A stretch of 64,000 nt of DNA. Origin: Escherichia phage 121Q. Shown piece by piece: positions 8,850-19,256 of the stretch; the first letter of the stretch is position 1; each line of letters opens with the position of its first letter. Below the pieces are notes generated by a model. That model had not been told where the DNA came from. It made no database searches and saw nothing but the letters and a program-made list of their open reading frames with translations. Both the position numbers and the translations under genes were made by a program. The stretch lies in the sequence record NC_025447.1. One strand, given 5' to 3'.

Positions 8850-9535
8850 TTAAAGATTTAGATAGAATTTTATATGTACTAAGGGGTGTAATTACATTAC
8901 ATCCACAAATCAATCGAATTGAAAGTACATTTCAGTTGGAGTCAAGAGAAACTCCATATTCACATATATCAAATGTAGTTGGTTCACTCAGTACTGAAGA
9001 CTCGTCTTACGATATTTGTGTATGTGAAGTACAACCAAGTTCGGATCTTGGATTTGCTATTTTTGATAAAGAACAAAATCTCATTAGTATGTTTCAGTGC
9101 AATAATCCTTTTTGGAAAACATGCCTGTATCCAGAGTGGGCTATGCTTGATCCAACCAAGAGTACCATTAAAGTTTATGACTCTAAAAATGATGAAGTCG
9201 TTATTGATTTGGATGAGTCAATGTCAGAGGAAGAACACTTTCAGCTAATGATGATGCGTGCTATGCCTGAGTACAATGCAATGATTAACACTGTGCAATA
9301 CATTAAGGATACTATGCCATCATTGCGTACACATGAGTTTTGTCATCCTGTATTGTATGAACATTTGGATTTAGATTTCAGTACTATTAAATTCAAAGAT
9401 AGTATTATAAAATATATTCAAGAAAATGTTAAATTTAATTTCATTAGTACTATGAACAATAATCCAAAAACGAATTTTAGGCATCAGTACAATGAATCTT
9501 TTTCTAATGGTCGTGATACCAGTTGGTGGAAATAA
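8846..9535 (+). CDS. hypothetical protein (TTG start)
   Basis: ORF in track. Confidence 0.4.
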   Translation: MIKDLDRILYVLRGVITLHPQINRIESTFQLESRETPYSHISNVVGSLSTEDSSYDICVCEVQPSSDLGFAIFDKEQNLISMFQCNNPFWKTCLYPEWAMLDPTKSTIKVYDSKNDEVVIDLDESMSEEEHFQLMMMRAMPEYNAMINTVQYIKDTMPSLRTHEFCHPVLYEHLDLDFSTIKFKDSIIKYIQENVKFNFISTMNNNPKTNFRHQYNESFSNGRDTSWWK

Positions 9536-9536
9536 T

Positions 9537-9800
9537 ATGAATATCCAAGATAGATTACAATTACTGTACACTATTGAACAGGCTGCTTTTGAACTTGTTC
9601 GAAAAATATCAGATGAACTACCTAAAGGAACTAAAGTTCGTGTACGTGAGATGAATTATTTTTCTGGAGTAATTGAAGAACAAGTACTAACAGTGAATAA
9701 AGTAACATACTATGAATCTGAGTTGTCTATTCAGTGTGAATCGGATGATGGATTAATATCATATTATGGAACTGATGTAGATATAGAGGTAATAAAATGA
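9537..9800 (+). CDS. hypothetical small protein
   Basis: ATG 9537 with RBS GGTGGA, directly after previous stop. Confidence 0.45.
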   Translation: MNIQDRLQLLYTIEQAAFELVRKISDELPKGTKVRVREMNYFSGVIEEQVLTVNKVTYYESELSIQCESDDGLISYYGTDVDIEVIK

Positions 9801-10939
9801 CCCTTTTACAAATATATGAAGATTTAATGCACTTATGTAATACAAACGATGCGTTTTTTTATGTGGATCATAAAAGTCCTGCTGGTGGTACGTATCGTGT
9901 ATTCAGTTATCGTCTAGCATCATACACTGATTTCATGCAACCAAATGCGTTGGAAACCCGTGGCTCTATGTGGGAAATTGATGAAGAAGGTGACATGATA
10001 CGTTGTGCAGCACGTACAATGAAAAAGTTCTTCAATGCTTACGAGAATCCTGCTACAATGTTCCCTGCTAACACCACATGCGATGACATTGCGGTAGTTA
10101 TGCCTAAGTTGGATGGTTCGATCATCAGTACTTATCGTGATAATGATGGTGAGATTCGTTGTAAATCACATACTGCATTGTATTCTGACCATGCGATTAA
10201 CAGTACTCGACTTATTAACGAGAACCAGAATTTGTATCAGTACATCGACGAAGCGGAACGTTTAGGTTACACAGTTAATATGGAGTATACAAGCCCAGAG
10301 TACCGAATTGTATTACCATATCAGGTAGAACAACTGTTTGTACTGAACGTTCGACATCGTGTGAGTGGTGAGTTGCTATGTGGTAAAGCACTACGTGATA
10401 AGTTTCCATGCCTTGCACAGTACAGTACTAATATGACCGGAAAAGATATTCATCACACTTTTCCGGTACGAAATACCTTCCGTGAAAGCGTGGAGGAAGT
10501 TCATAAAATGCTTGATATTGAGGGTTTTGTGTGCATCCTAAATAATGGGACAATGTGTAAAATAAAGACTGACTGGTACAGTTCATTACATCTTACAAAA
10601 GATAGTATTATTATTGATTCTCATTTATATGAAGCCGTATTAAATGGTTCAAGTGATGATTTAAAACAATTGTTCAGTACTGATGAATATGCTATGCAAA
10701 AGATATTAAGAATGGAACAATTGGTATTTTCGTGCTATAATGCATTACAAGATGAAGTAGAAAGCTTCGTCAAGGAACACAAGCACTTGGAGCGAAAGGA
10801 ATTCGCAATGAAGGTTCAGGAGTGTTTAACTAATGAACTGAATCGTCAGGGCTTGGCCTTTGCAATGTATAACAATAAGAAAGTTGATTACAAAGAGACT
10901 CTTATAAAATACATGAAAATTGTACTAAAGGATTTTTAG
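9797..10939 (+). CDS. rnlA: RNA ligase 1 (T4 Rnl1-like)
   Basis: 380 aa; recalled T4 Rnl1 similarity along the length (TYRVFSY, KLDGS nucleotidyl-lysine motif, IKTDWY, GSSDDLK). Confidence 0.85.
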   Translation: MTLLQIYEDLMHLCNTNDAFFYVDHKSPAGGTYRVFSYRLASYTDFMQPNALETRGSMWEIDEEGDMIRCAARTMKKFFNAYENPATMFPANTTCDDIAVVMPKLDGSIISTYRDNDGEIRCKSHTALYSDHAINSTRLINENQNLYQYIDEAERLGYTVNMEYTSPEYRIVLPYQVEQLFVLNVRHRVSGELLCGKALRDKFPCLAQYSTNMTGKDIHHTFPVRNTFRESVEEVHKMLDIEGFVCILNNGTMCKIKTDWYSSLHLTKDSIIIDSHLYEAVLNGSSDDLKQLFSTDEYAMQKILRMEQLVFSCYNALQDEVESFVKEHKHLERKEFAMKVQECLTNELNRQGLAFAMYNNKKVDYKETLIKYMKIVLKDF

Positions 10940-10969
10940 TACTATCTAGCCTAAGCACAAGGAGAAGTG

Positions 10970-11224
10970 ATGGCTAAACCTAAGTATAAAAATGACGGTT
11001 CCCTTTCTCCGACTGAGTTCAGGAAAATACAAGAAGAAATCGATGAATTACAGCACAAACGCTCAATGAAAGGTGTGAAGATAAGTAAGAAACGAATCGA
11101 GAATACCTTCGGATGTAGTAGTACTGAATACAAGAAGAAAAGGAAACCAAAAGGTGTTAAGCCGAGAATACATGATGTAACTCGCTATACATCGAAACGT
11201 GAAAATAAATTTGATCCACTATAA
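10970..11224 (+). CDS. small basic protein
   Basis: RBS AAGGAG; Lys/Arg-rich. Confidence 0.45.
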   Translation: MAKPKYKNDGSLSPTEFRKIQEEIDELQHKRSMKGVKISKKRIENTFGCSSTEYKKKRKPKGVKPRIHDVTRYTSKRENKFDPL

Positions 11225-11233
11225 GGAGTTCAT

Positions 11234-11464
11234 ATGAAAGTTGAAGTTCAGCATAGTATTGTTCAGGATATGTCAGTAGTTAAATTTCTTTCTCTGAAAG
11301 ATTACTTCAGATGTATCAAGTTCCTAGAAGAATCTCAATTACAGTGGACCCCATTAAAGTACAGTTCATCCAATGATACAGCTAGTATTCGTTGTGATGA
11401 ATCTGTACTTGTGAAAATCTCCAAACGATTTGGAGTAGGAAAAGTTAATGAGCACAGTAAGTGA
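11234..11464 (+). CDS. hypothetical small protein
   Basis: ORF in track with RBS. Confidence 0.45.
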   Translation: MKVEVQHSIVQDMSVVKFLSLKDYFRCIKFLEESQLQWTPLKYSSSNDTASIRCDESVLVKISKRFGVGKVNEHSK

Positions 11465-11702
11465 CCTAAAATACTACAACAAAACTGCGGATACGTTTAT
11501 TACTCATTTATATGAAGAATTTAGTCGTATCCGTAAGGAATATACAGGTAAATGTATTTTATATAGTTCTTATCATAGTGGTGGAATTGAAAGTGCTTAC
11601 ATTACTAAAGTGAAGTTTTCTGATGACTATCAATTACTCTTTGAATTAGATGATTGTTTCGTTATTGAAGCTTGTTTGATAGTGGATGTTCTAGATAATT
11701 GA
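11448..11702 (+). CDS. hypothetical small protein
   Basis: ORF in track. Confidence 0.45.
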   Translation: MSTVSDLKYYNKTADTFITHLYEEFSRIRKEYTGKCILYSSYHSGGIESAYITKVKFSDDYQLLFELDDCFVIEACLIVDVLDN

Positions 11703-11708
11703 GGACAT

Positions 11709-12023
11709 ATGAATAAAGAACTTGCATTTGAGAGGATCGAAAAGTTAAAGTACATTGAAAAGGAACTAATAGAATCTGTCGAATCAATGGTCGAAGATTA
11801 CGTTTTCGATTTTAAGAAAACATTGATTGGATGTAAAGTTAAATGCTGGGATCATACAATCAGAGAATGGTTCAGTACTATAATTCTTGATGTTAAAGTA
11901 TCGCGTACTGCTATTGGTAATTTAGTAAATGGTGAATGCTTTGTATACACTGAATACAATAACGGAACAAGAAACCTTTCAAGAGGATGGCACAAACTCG
12001 AAGATGTAGAATTCATTGAGTAA
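11709..12023 (+). CDS. hypothetical small protein
   Basis: ORF in track with RBS. Confidence 0.45.
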   Translation: MNKELAFERIEKLKYIEKELIESVESMVEDYVFDFKKTLIGCKVKCWDHTIREWFSTIILDVKVSRTAIGNLVNGECFVYTEYNNGTRNLSRGWHKLEDVEFIE

Positions 12024-12035
12024 CAAGGAGTAATA

Positions 12036-12968
12036 ATGCCAACTATTACACTGACAGTTGGATTACCTGGGTGTGGCAAAACCACATGGGCAGTTCAAGA
12101 AATTAAAAATGCCAAATCGAAGACTATCAACATTAACCGTGATGACATTCGAGAATCAATGGCAGGGTCACATGATGCATACAAATTCAACGACGCTAAT
12201 GAGCAGTACGTAACTAAAATGCAGTTCAGTGCAGCAAATTCAGCAGCAGAGAATGGTTGGAACATCATTGTGTCCGATACGAACCTTAAACAACATTTCC
12301 GTGATGAATGGAAACGTTGGGCTAAAGATAATGAATACGACTACAAAGAAAAGAACTTCTACGAAGATTTCGTACCTAATGAAGATCGTGGTGCAGATGT
12401 TCATGTTTTCTTTAAGATTAAAGAGTTCGTAAAACTTTGTAAGAAACGTAACCTCATGCGTGAGCGTTCAGTACAAGATAATATCATCGACACTATGGCA
12501 GATACGTACTATTATAGTAAGGCCATGCACATTGGTTACTATGGTAATTCACGAGAAGCTGCTGTTATCGTTGATATTGACGGTACTCTTGCTCATAAAT
12601 GGGGTCGCAATCCTTACGATGAAAGTACTGTTCTTCAGGATACACCAGATGAAGAAGTTATTTTGTCTATTATCGCTGAAGCAGTTTTTCATAAACGCAA
12701 GATTATCGTCATGAGTGGGCGTACTGAAGGGTGTCGTGCTGATACCGAACAGTGGCTTAAGAATTGGGGTATTCCTTACGATGCATTGTTTATGCGAGAC
12801 ATAGATGATAAACGTCCCGATGATGTTGTAAAATTCGACCTGTACATGAAAAATGTGGTTGATCATTACGATGTTAAAAAGGTTTATGATGACCGCGATC
12901 AAGTTGTATTCATGTGGCGTAAGCTACTTGGCTTGAAAGTAATGCAAGTTGCAGAAGGAAATTTCTAA
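12036..12968 (+). CDS. pseT: polynucleotide 5-prime kinase / 3-prime phosphatase (T4 PseT-like)
   Basis: P-loop GLPGCGKTT at N-terminus, HAD phosphatase motif DIDGTL, C-terminus QVAEGNF like T4 Pnk; 310 aa. Confidence 0.9.
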   Translation: MPTITLTVGLPGCGKTTWAVQEIKNAKSKTININRDDIRESMAGSHDAYKFNDANEQYVTKMQFSAANSAAENGWNIIVSDTNLKQHFRDEWKRWAKDNEYDYKEKNFYEDFVPNEDRGADVHVFFKIKEFVKLCKKRNLMRERSVQDNIIDTMADTYYYSKAMHIGYYGNSREAAVIVDIDGTLAHKWGRNPYDESTVLQDTPDEEVILSIIAEAVFHKRKIIVMSGRTEGCRADTEQWLKNWGIPYDALFMRDIDDKRPDDVVKFDLYMKNVVDHYDVKKVYDDRDQVVFMWRKLLGLKVMQVAEGNF

Positions 12969-12973
12969 TACAA

Positions 12974-13000
12974 AAGGGATCATATGTTGGTCCCTTTTTC
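12974..13000 (+). terminator. rho-independent terminator
   Basis: AGGGATC...GGTCCCT stem plus T-run. Confidence 0.5.
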
Positions 13001-13017
13001 TTTTAAGGTATATTATA

Positions 13018-13194
13018 ATGAATGTAAAAACACAGATGTTGTTACAAAAAGAATACTTAGAAAATATAGAAATGTTCTATAGATTGTCTTTATACGAAAA
13101 TAAAGATAAAAAATATAACTTTTCTAAACAACTAAACACAAGTACTAATGATTATCTATTTTCATCAATGTTTTATGTGAGAGGTTTATTATAA
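13018..13194 (+). CDS. hypothetical small protein
   Basis: ATG after terminator with RBS AAGG. Confidence 0.35.
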   Translation: MNVKTQMLLQKEYLENIEMFYRLSLYENKDKKYNFSKQLNTSTNDYLFSSMFYVRGLL

Positions 13195-13454
13195 TGGATA
13201 AATTTCACACAGATATAACACAGATAGGTAATCTTATCAATAGTCTAATTACTGATTTAGAAGAAAAGTATTTAGGTCGAAATGTATACGTAGAAATGTA
13301 TGAAACATATGGTGTTATTGATATGATTTATTACAGTGCATTGAAGTGTGAAATACGTTTAACAGTATGTTTGTTTGAAAAAAATACATTCAACAGAAGT
13401 ACTGCAATTCGCCAAGTTGGAGTTGATGATATAGAATTATACGAGGAACAATGA
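13194..13454 (+). CDS. hypothetical small protein
   Basis: ORF in track. Confidence 0.45.
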   Translation: MDKFHTDITQIGNLINSLITDLEEKYLGRNVYVEMYETYGVIDMIYYSALKCEIRLTVCLFEKNTFNRSTAIRQVGVDDIELYEEQ

Positions 13455-13705
13455 TGTTTGAGCAAGACTTAGAGATATTCAAAAGTCATATTGATTACTT
13501 GACTATATTAGAAAATGATTTAACTACAAAGTACAAAGGTATTCGTGTTCTGTGCTGGTATGATGATTGGGATTATAAACGTGAACTCACTATTGATCGA
13601 ATTTATTTCAGTGACGGTGTACTAAATGTACATGGTGTAAATGATTTTGGTCATTCATATACATATTCTAATAATGCTAAATTTAAAAGGATCTACAATG
13701 AATGA
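13451..13705 (+). CDS. hypothetical small protein
   Basis: ORF in track. Confidence 0.45.
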   Translation: MMFEQDLEIFKSHIDYLTILENDLTTKYKGIRVLCWYDDWDYKRELTIDRIYFSDGVLNVHGVNDFGHSYTYSNNAKFKRIYNE

Positions 13706-14000
13706 ATATTATCATAATTTATTCGATTACATAAAACTAATAGATGATCTTTCTTTCGAATTTCTTAGTACTGAAAAAGTTCTTGAACCTCTCTATTATG
13801 ATTGTATTAGTTCACTATCTTTAGATGAAAAAGAGATATTATCAAATAATTTACCGTCAACCGTCTGTGTAATCAATGGTTCCAAGGCTGTGGTGTCTGA
13901 GGTTAATTTTCATAAATCACTTAATACAATTGTTTACAAGTTCGATAACACTTGGATCAATCATGTAACCAGTAATATTAAATCTGTGAGATTTTTATGA
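13698..14000 (+). CDS. hypothetical small protein
   Basis: start refined to ATG overlapping previous stop. Confidence 0.4.
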   Translation: MNEYYHNLFDYIKLIDDLSFEFLSTEKVLEPLYYDCISSLSLDEKEILSNNLPSTVCVINGSKAVVSEVNFHKSLNTIVYKFDNTWINHVTSNIKSVRFL

Positions 14001-14293
14001 ATATAAAAAAATTATTTGAACAAGTAAATTTATTGTACTGGTGTTCAGACGGTTCAGATAAGGAATATAGTGAAGTTTATTTAGAACTGTTTAGAACTGA
14101 AATTCATTATATTCGAAGATACTTAATTGATAACAAAACTAAAGTACAAGTAAGATACCATAATGGTACTTTAAAGGATGGTATAATTATTGGATTGATA
14201 GTTGCACGATGGTCTAGTAATATTAAAGTTGCAGTAAGATTAATGACTGATGATGGTGTCTACACAATAGAAGCTAGTGAGATTATATATTAA
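13997..14293 (+). CDS. hypothetical small protein
   Basis: ORF in track. Confidence 0.45.
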   Translation: MNIKKLFEQVNLLYWCSDGSDKEYSEVYLELFRTEIHYIRRYLIDNKTKVQVRYHNGTLKDGIIIGLIVARWSSNIKVAVRLMTDDGVYTIEASEIIY

Positions 14294-14599
14294 ATGGATA
14301 TACAAACATTCAATAAGCTAAAGTACTATGATAATGGTTTTGCATTAATAATTAACGAACTTGATGGGATACCATACGAATATCATAATCAATTAATGAA
14401 GATAGTAAAATGTATATGTGAAGAATTAAAAAGTATGTTTAAAAATGAATATGTTTATGATTTAGGTAATAGTAGCAAAAAACTATACATAAAAAAATTC
14501 TGGGGAACGCATTGTGGTTTAATGGTCGATTTAGGTTTAAGTTTAGACGATAATTCTGAATCATGTTCATTATATATAGATGAAATGCGAATATCATGA
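14294..14599 (+). CDS. hypothetical small protein
   Basis: ORF in track. Confidence 0.45.
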   Translation: MDIQTFNKLKYYDNGFALIINELDGIPYEYHNQLMKIVKCICEELKSMFKNEYVYDLGNSSKKLYIKKFWGTHCGLMVDLGLSLDDNSESCSLYIDEMRIS

Positions 14600-14656
14600 G
14601 ACGTATCAGAATTCGGTGATATAATTTGATTACATCACCAATGTGGAGAAGTTGAA

Positions 14657-14983
14657 GTGAATGGTTCGTTTTTAACAATTTTAGAAAAGACATCCGAGAT
14701 GCTTTCTAGTTCGTTAATGCACATTTTCAGTACTAATAATTTATACAATACCCAGGTGTTAGATTCAATTAGTAATAACTATGTGGTAAGTATATCTGAT
14801 GAAATATGTCCATTTAATGCGTATACGAATTATAGTGTAGAAGAGTTTCATATATCCGAGATTCGATGTGGTTTTGGTGCTTGGTTAGTTCTAAATGAAC
14901 GTTCAGGGACGTCTTTATACATCGAAGAAATTGATAAATTTATATACAAAGGAGTAGAATATGTTAACCCCAATCATTCTTAG
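14657..14983 (+). CDS. hypothetical small protein (GTG start)
   Basis: ORF in track. Confidence 0.4.
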   Translation: MNGSFLTILEKTSEMLSSSLMHIFSTNNLYNTQVLDSISNNYVVSISDEICPFNAYTNYSVEEFHISEIRCGFGAWLVLNERSGTSLYIEEIDKFIYKGVEYVNPNHS

Positions 14984-15590
14984 CAGTGCATATGTAATCG
15001 GTATTATTATTTCTGGTATGCTTGCATATAACTATAACAGAAGTGTTATAGGTTATGTAGTACTTGGTACAGTACTAAGTCCAGTGATTGCTATTGGTCT
15101 TCTTGTTATGCTAGGTGAGAAAAATACAAACTTCTTTATTACTAAAGAACTTGATAAAATCACCCCAGCACCAGAAACAGTTATTCCAGAAGTTAAAGAA
15201 GAAGTTAAAGAAGTTGAAGTGCAAATGCAAGTTAAAGTGTATAATACACTTGAAGAAACTGACCCTAAAGTTGTAGTGAATGTAGTTCCAGTCGTTGAAG
15301 ATGTGAAACCAAAAGCTCCTAAAGCACAGAAAAATACTAAAACTGCAAAGAAAGCTCGTTACACTAAAGGTAAGAACAAAGGTAAATCTAAGGATGAACC
15401 ACAACTAGGTGTTCATGACCATACTGCACAAATTGCAACGGCAGCGACCGCAGCAGCAATCGTAACATCACCAATCTACAACAATGATGATTACAGTGAT
15501 TATAGCCGTCACAGCAGTTCTTCCTCTGATTCTTGTTCCTATGATAGCTCTAGTTCTGATTCAAGTTCATCTTCTGGAAGTTGTGATTAA
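14961..15590 (+). CDS. membrane-anchored protein with Lys/Glu-rich middle and Ser-rich tail
   Basis: two N-terminal hydrophobic segments; low-complexity C-terminus. Confidence 0.45.
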   Translation: MLTPIILSSAYVIGIIISGMLAYNYNRSVIGYVVLGTVLSPVIAIGLLVMLGEKNTNFFITKELDKITPAPETVIPEVKEEVKEVEVQMQVKVYNTLEETDPKVVVNVVPVVEDVKPKAPKAQKNTKTAKKARYTKGKNKGKSKDEPQLGVHDHTAQIATAATAAAIVTSPIYNNDDYSDYSRHSSSSSDSCSYDSSSSDSSSSSGSCD

Positions 15591-15919
15591 TGTCAATGAA
15601 ACCACTAATTCAACATAATATTTTTTATAGGTCATTATTCAAAATTCAAGATGATTTTTATCAGACGTTGAGTAATGATCTTATAGGTAAAACTGTACGA
15701 TATTCGGAACAATACATCAAACGTATGACAAGTCAGTATATTGACCCTGAATACGAATACGACATTGAACACATTAATCCCAATACTAGAATGAAAATCA
15801 TTGAGATATTTAAGAATGGGAGAACTATAGGTGCTGAAATTGAGTACTTGAATTGTGATTGTTACATAGATACAGAGTTGAGTTTGGATTATCTTGTTTT
15901 AGTGGATGATGAGGAATAA
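15590..15919 (+). CDS. hypothetical small protein
   Basis: ORF in track. Confidence 0.4.
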   Translation: MSMKPLIQHNIFYRSLFKIQDDFYQTLSNDLIGKTVRYSEQYIKRMTSQYIDPEYEYDIEHINPNTRMKIIEIFKNGRTIGAEIEYLNCDCYIDTELSLDYLVLVDDEE

Positions 15920-15921
15920 TT

Positions 15922-16137
15922 ATGATAACATTTTTCGCAATATATGGATTTGTAGCATTTGTTACATTTATAACCAACTTTCTAGTACTTAATTGGGGTT
16001 GTTTTAAAGATGAAATCATGATTATCATGAATCTCCAAACAGCAGCACTGATGGCTATTATTTGGCCTGTAACGTTAGTATATATTTTTATTTCACTTAC
16101 CCAAGATATTATTAACAAATATAAGAGAAAGAAATAA
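15922..16137 (+). CDS. small membrane protein
   Basis: two hydrophobic segments in 71 aa. Confidence 0.45.
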   Translation: MITFFAIYGFVAFVTFITNFLVLNWGCFKDEIMIIMNLQTAALMAIIWPVTLVYIFISLTQDIINKYKRKK

Positions 16138-16388
16138 TGTTCAACAACGACTTATCACATTTGCGATATCTTATGTCTTTGGCTGATGATTTTATAAATG
16201 ATCTGAAGCCAAAATATATTGGTCAAGAAGTACGATTAATAAACTCCAGAGGGTATGGAAAATATATTATTACTGATATGTATATTAGTGGTGGTGAATG
16301 GCGTTTTAAAATTAATACTTATCTTAAAGATGGTTCTTTTGCTGGAACACAAGTTACTAAACACACTAATATTATATGGTTGGAGTAA
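16137..16388 (+). CDS. hypothetical small protein
   Basis: ORF in track. Confidence 0.45.
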   Translation: MFNNDLSHLRYLMSLADDFINDLKPKYIGQEVRLINSRGYGKYIITDMYISGGEWRFKINTYLKDGSFAGTQVTKHTNIIWLE

Positions 16389-16390
16389 TA

Positions 16391-17134
16391 ATGAAACATT
16401 TCTTAGAAGTAACCGTACCTGATGATAAAGATTTATACATTGTAGGTGATTTGCATGGTAATGGTAAACTATGGGATGCTACAGTGAAAGAATTTGGTAT
16501 TACACACAATGATTATGTTTTCAGTGTAGGTGATATTATCGACCGTGGAGAACAAAATTCAAAGCTCCTTTTTGAATTTTTGTTCGGAGAAAATCGTTAC
16601 ATGATTGCAGGTAATCATGAGATGATGTGCGTTGATTCGGAAACACTTCGAGATTGGTATCATTGTTGGATAAGTAATGGTGGTGATAAATTCCTTGATG
16701 AAGTTGGAGGAACAGGCATTCAATTCTTTCGTCAGTACTTAAAAGATCTCCCTATGATTATCCAAATCAATCACCGAGGCTTGAAGATTGGGTTAGTTCA
16801 TGCTGGAGTTCCGTTGGAATATACAACATGGGAACGATTTGTTAATGGGACAAAATCACTTAGTGCTGATATAATTGATAAGTGCTTGTGGGATAGGAAA
16901 ACATTCGATTATTGTAGAACGAATAATACCTATTATGCACCTAAGTTAGATGGAGTGCATTGTGTCTTTAGTGGACATACAGCAGTTACTGATCCACTCA
17001 TTTATGGTAATCGCATTTGGATTGATAGTCAGTTCTTGACGGGTGACTTAACTCTCGCTACTCCACAAAGTGGTGGGATGAGATACTTACGTAAAGAAAA
17101 AGATGAATACTCATTCAATCGTTTCAAAAGGTAA
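16391..17134 (+). CDS. Ser/Thr protein phosphatase-type metallophosphoesterase
   Basis: GDLHGN, GDIIDRG and GNHE motifs in canonical order. Confidence 0.75.
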   Translation: MKHFLEVTVPDDKDLYIVGDLHGNGKLWDATVKEFGITHNDYVFSVGDIIDRGEQNSKLLFEFLFGENRYMIAGNHEMMCVDSETLRDWYHCWISNGGDKFLDEVGGTGIQFFRQYLKDLPMIIQINHRGLKIGLVHAGVPLEYTTWERFVNGTKSLSADIIDKCLWDRKTFDYCRTNNTYYAPKLDGVHCVFSGHTAVTDPLIYGNRIWIDSQFLTGDLTLATPQSGGMRYLRKEKDEYSFNRFKR

Positions 17135-17139
17135 TAATT

Positions 17140-17409
17140 ATGCATGATGTAGTTAAAAAATATTTGAATGATAGATATATTATGAAAAAATCTATTAATT
17201 CTATCCTAAAAGATCATGCTAATCAAATACGTGAGATTCTATCAAATAAACTTATTGGTTGTTCAGTTGAGTTCAATTACAAAAAGAATGTAGTGAAGAT
17301 TGGAGTTATTAAACGTGTAGTTGCTGTTTATGACCAAAATGTATATGTTGAAATTGAATATGATGGTAAATTATCACAATTAAGTACTGAAGATTTAACA
17401 TTTTTATAA
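17140..17409 (+). CDS. hypothetical small protein
   Basis: ORF in track. Confidence 0.45.
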   Translation: MHDVVKKYLNDRYIMKKSINSILKDHANQIREILSNKLIGCSVEFNYKKNVVKIGVIKRVVAVYDQNVYVEIEYDGKLSQLSTEDLTFL

Positions 17410-17419
17410 GGAAATAGAA

Positions 17420-17647
17420 ATGAAAGTAATTCAAGTTATGGTAGAAAAATACCAAACTGAAGATGGTCGTATTTTTGATTCAGCTAAACAAGCTGAACAC
17501 CATGAACGTATTATTTCGGGTGCACGTAAAGTGTGTCCTACATGTAGTGGAACACAACAAGTACCGTCAGAAGATTACCGCAGCTTTTATGCTTGTCCAC
17601 ACTGTGATGGGAAAGGCTATGTAGAAAAACAAGAGGTATGGAAATGA
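17420..17647 (+). CDS. small zinc-finger protein
   Basis: CPTCSGT and CPHCDGKG motifs. Confidence 0.5.
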   Translation: MKVIQVMVEKYQTEDGRIFDSAKQAEHHERIISGARKVCPTCSGTQQVPSEDYRSFYACPHCDGKGYVEKQEVWK

Positions 17648-18057
17648 AATTGTATTGCTTAACTAATATGTACTGTCAAGGTGTCCAAGCTGGTATTCAA
17701 GCATTCCATGCTGGTGTTAAACTAATTAAAGAATATGAAGGTACTGCTTTCAGTACTATTATTGATGAATGGTACTATGAACACGAAACTATTGTAGTTC
17801 TAAATGCTGGTGGACATGATAAATTAAATTCTTATTATAACAACCTTAGCAAACAGGGGAAAGTTCCGTTTGCCAAGTTCAATGAAGCTGGATTGAATGA
17901 TGCTATTACCTGTGTAGCAGTACTGTGTACGTCTGAAATGATTGAAGACATGGCTGTTATGCGTATGAATCTTCCTGCTGGTGATCAACTAATGCAAGTA
18001 AAATATGGTGCATTGTTTGACACACTAAAAGCAATCAGTACAATGAGGACTATTTGA
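17638..18057 (+). CDS. hypothetical protein
   Basis: ORF in track. Confidence 0.45.
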   Translation: MEMKLYCLTNMYCQGVQAGIQAFHAGVKLIKEYEGTAFSTIIDEWYYEHETIVVLNAGGHDKLNSYYNNLSKQGKVPFAKFNEAGLNDAITCVAVLCTSEMIEDMAVMRMNLPAGDQLMQVKYGALFDTLKAISTMRTI

Positions 18058-19256
18058 TGGATTTTCCAGAGAAGTTATTTGTTGCACGTTCCTATGTAAA
18101 CCACAACCAAGTTGATGGTTTTATTATCGATGCAACAAAATCACATACAAAAGCGTTTGAAACAAAGAAAGAGAGAGCAGAGTACTGGGCAAAGAAGAAC
18201 AATCTTCCATCGTTATATATTGACAACGTTCCAACTACTGGATTTTGTGTAGTTGATAAATTAACAATTCATGCACGAGAAACATATTTCACAATCCGTC
18301 ACCCAGAAGGATTTGAATTTATGATTAGTGCCAAAAACATGAATGATTTAATTATCAATAACGATATAATCAAAGGTGTTTTTGTAGACCCAATGTTTTT
18401 CAACAATAACTTAGAATTAATTAATGGTAAAACAAAAACATTTGCTAAGTTAGTTGAAAAAGAAAATAAAAAAGAACAACAAAAAGAAACTGTAGCAGGT
18501 CTTAAAGTTGGTGATGGTTTCACGTATCTCAAAGAAGATTACTATTACTGCGGTAAAGTACATGCAATTTGTATAAAGAAAACTAAAGAATTTGCATACC
18601 CCGACAAAAGTTCTGTTTATCATTTACTTTTTAACAGTACTCGTGGAACTTATGCATTGAATCAACGTTTGGATAATTACAATCTGGAACCTCGTGCACT
18701 CTTGAATAAGAAAACTACGGCAGATGAAGAAATTAAACTTGCTAATGAATTTTGGCAAAGCTATAGAACAAACAGACATAATCCATTAGGTGAATCTAAC
18801 ATTCCAGTACTGGTACACAATAAATCATTTAAAGCAAAAGACCTAAAAATTAAATATGAAGAAATAAATGTTGATGATCTTATGAATAATGGACGTTTCA
18901 ACGAGAACGTACCATTTATGACTAAAGATAATGAACAATCTTATCGCGTATTTTTTGGTGTAAGTAATAATACAACACGTAGTTATTATGGACGTAGCGG
19001 GGATTATAATATTCATTATAATGATAAATTTGAACGCTTTAGTGCATACCCAGTTCAAATTGATGATAATGGAATTATGTCAATGGATGTTGATATTAAT
19101 GAGCACACATCATTTAGTACATGGAACGGTTATCGTTCACCATTCTTCCCACCAAATGAACGCAAAACATCAAGTTCTCGTTACTACCAAGATAAGCCGT
19201 GTCACGTTCAACTATCAATTAGTAATCCACTTTATATTGGAAAGTATTATCTATAA
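18057..19256 (+). CDS. hypothetical protein (400 aa)
   Basis: ORF in track; ATG overlaps previous stop. Confidence 0.5.
   Translation: MDFPEKLFVARSYVNHNQVDGFIIDATKSHTKAFETKKERAEYWAKKNNLPSLYIDNVPTTGFCVVDKLTIHARETYFTIRHPEGFEFMISAKNMNDLIINNDIIKGVFVDPMFFNNNLELINGKTKTFAKLVEKENKKEQQKETVAGLKVGDGFTYLKEDYYYCGKVHAICIKKTKEFAYPDKSSVYHLLFNSTRGTYALNQRLDNYNLEPRALLNKKTTADEEIKLANEFWQSYRTNRHNPLGESNIPVLVHNKSFKAKDLKIKYEEINVDDLMNNGRFNENVPFMTKDNEQSYRVFFGVSNNTTRSYYGRSGDYNIHYNDKFERFSAYPVQIDDNGIMSMDVDINEHTSFSTWNGYRSPFFPPNERKTSSSRYYQDKPCHVQLSISNPLYIGKYYL

Noticed and set aside
12229-12714. Alternative-frame + strand ORFs inside pseT (12229-12432, 12460-12714) and similar ones in other genes (8979-9248, 39116-39388, 41239-41442, 21301-21519)
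   Set aside because: They overlap confidently identified genes in another frame.
17638-18057. Assigning the 139 aa ORF to a named family (peptidyl-tRNA hydrolase, macro domain, deoxyribosyltransferase)
   Set aside because: No diagnostic motif matched; left as hypothetical.
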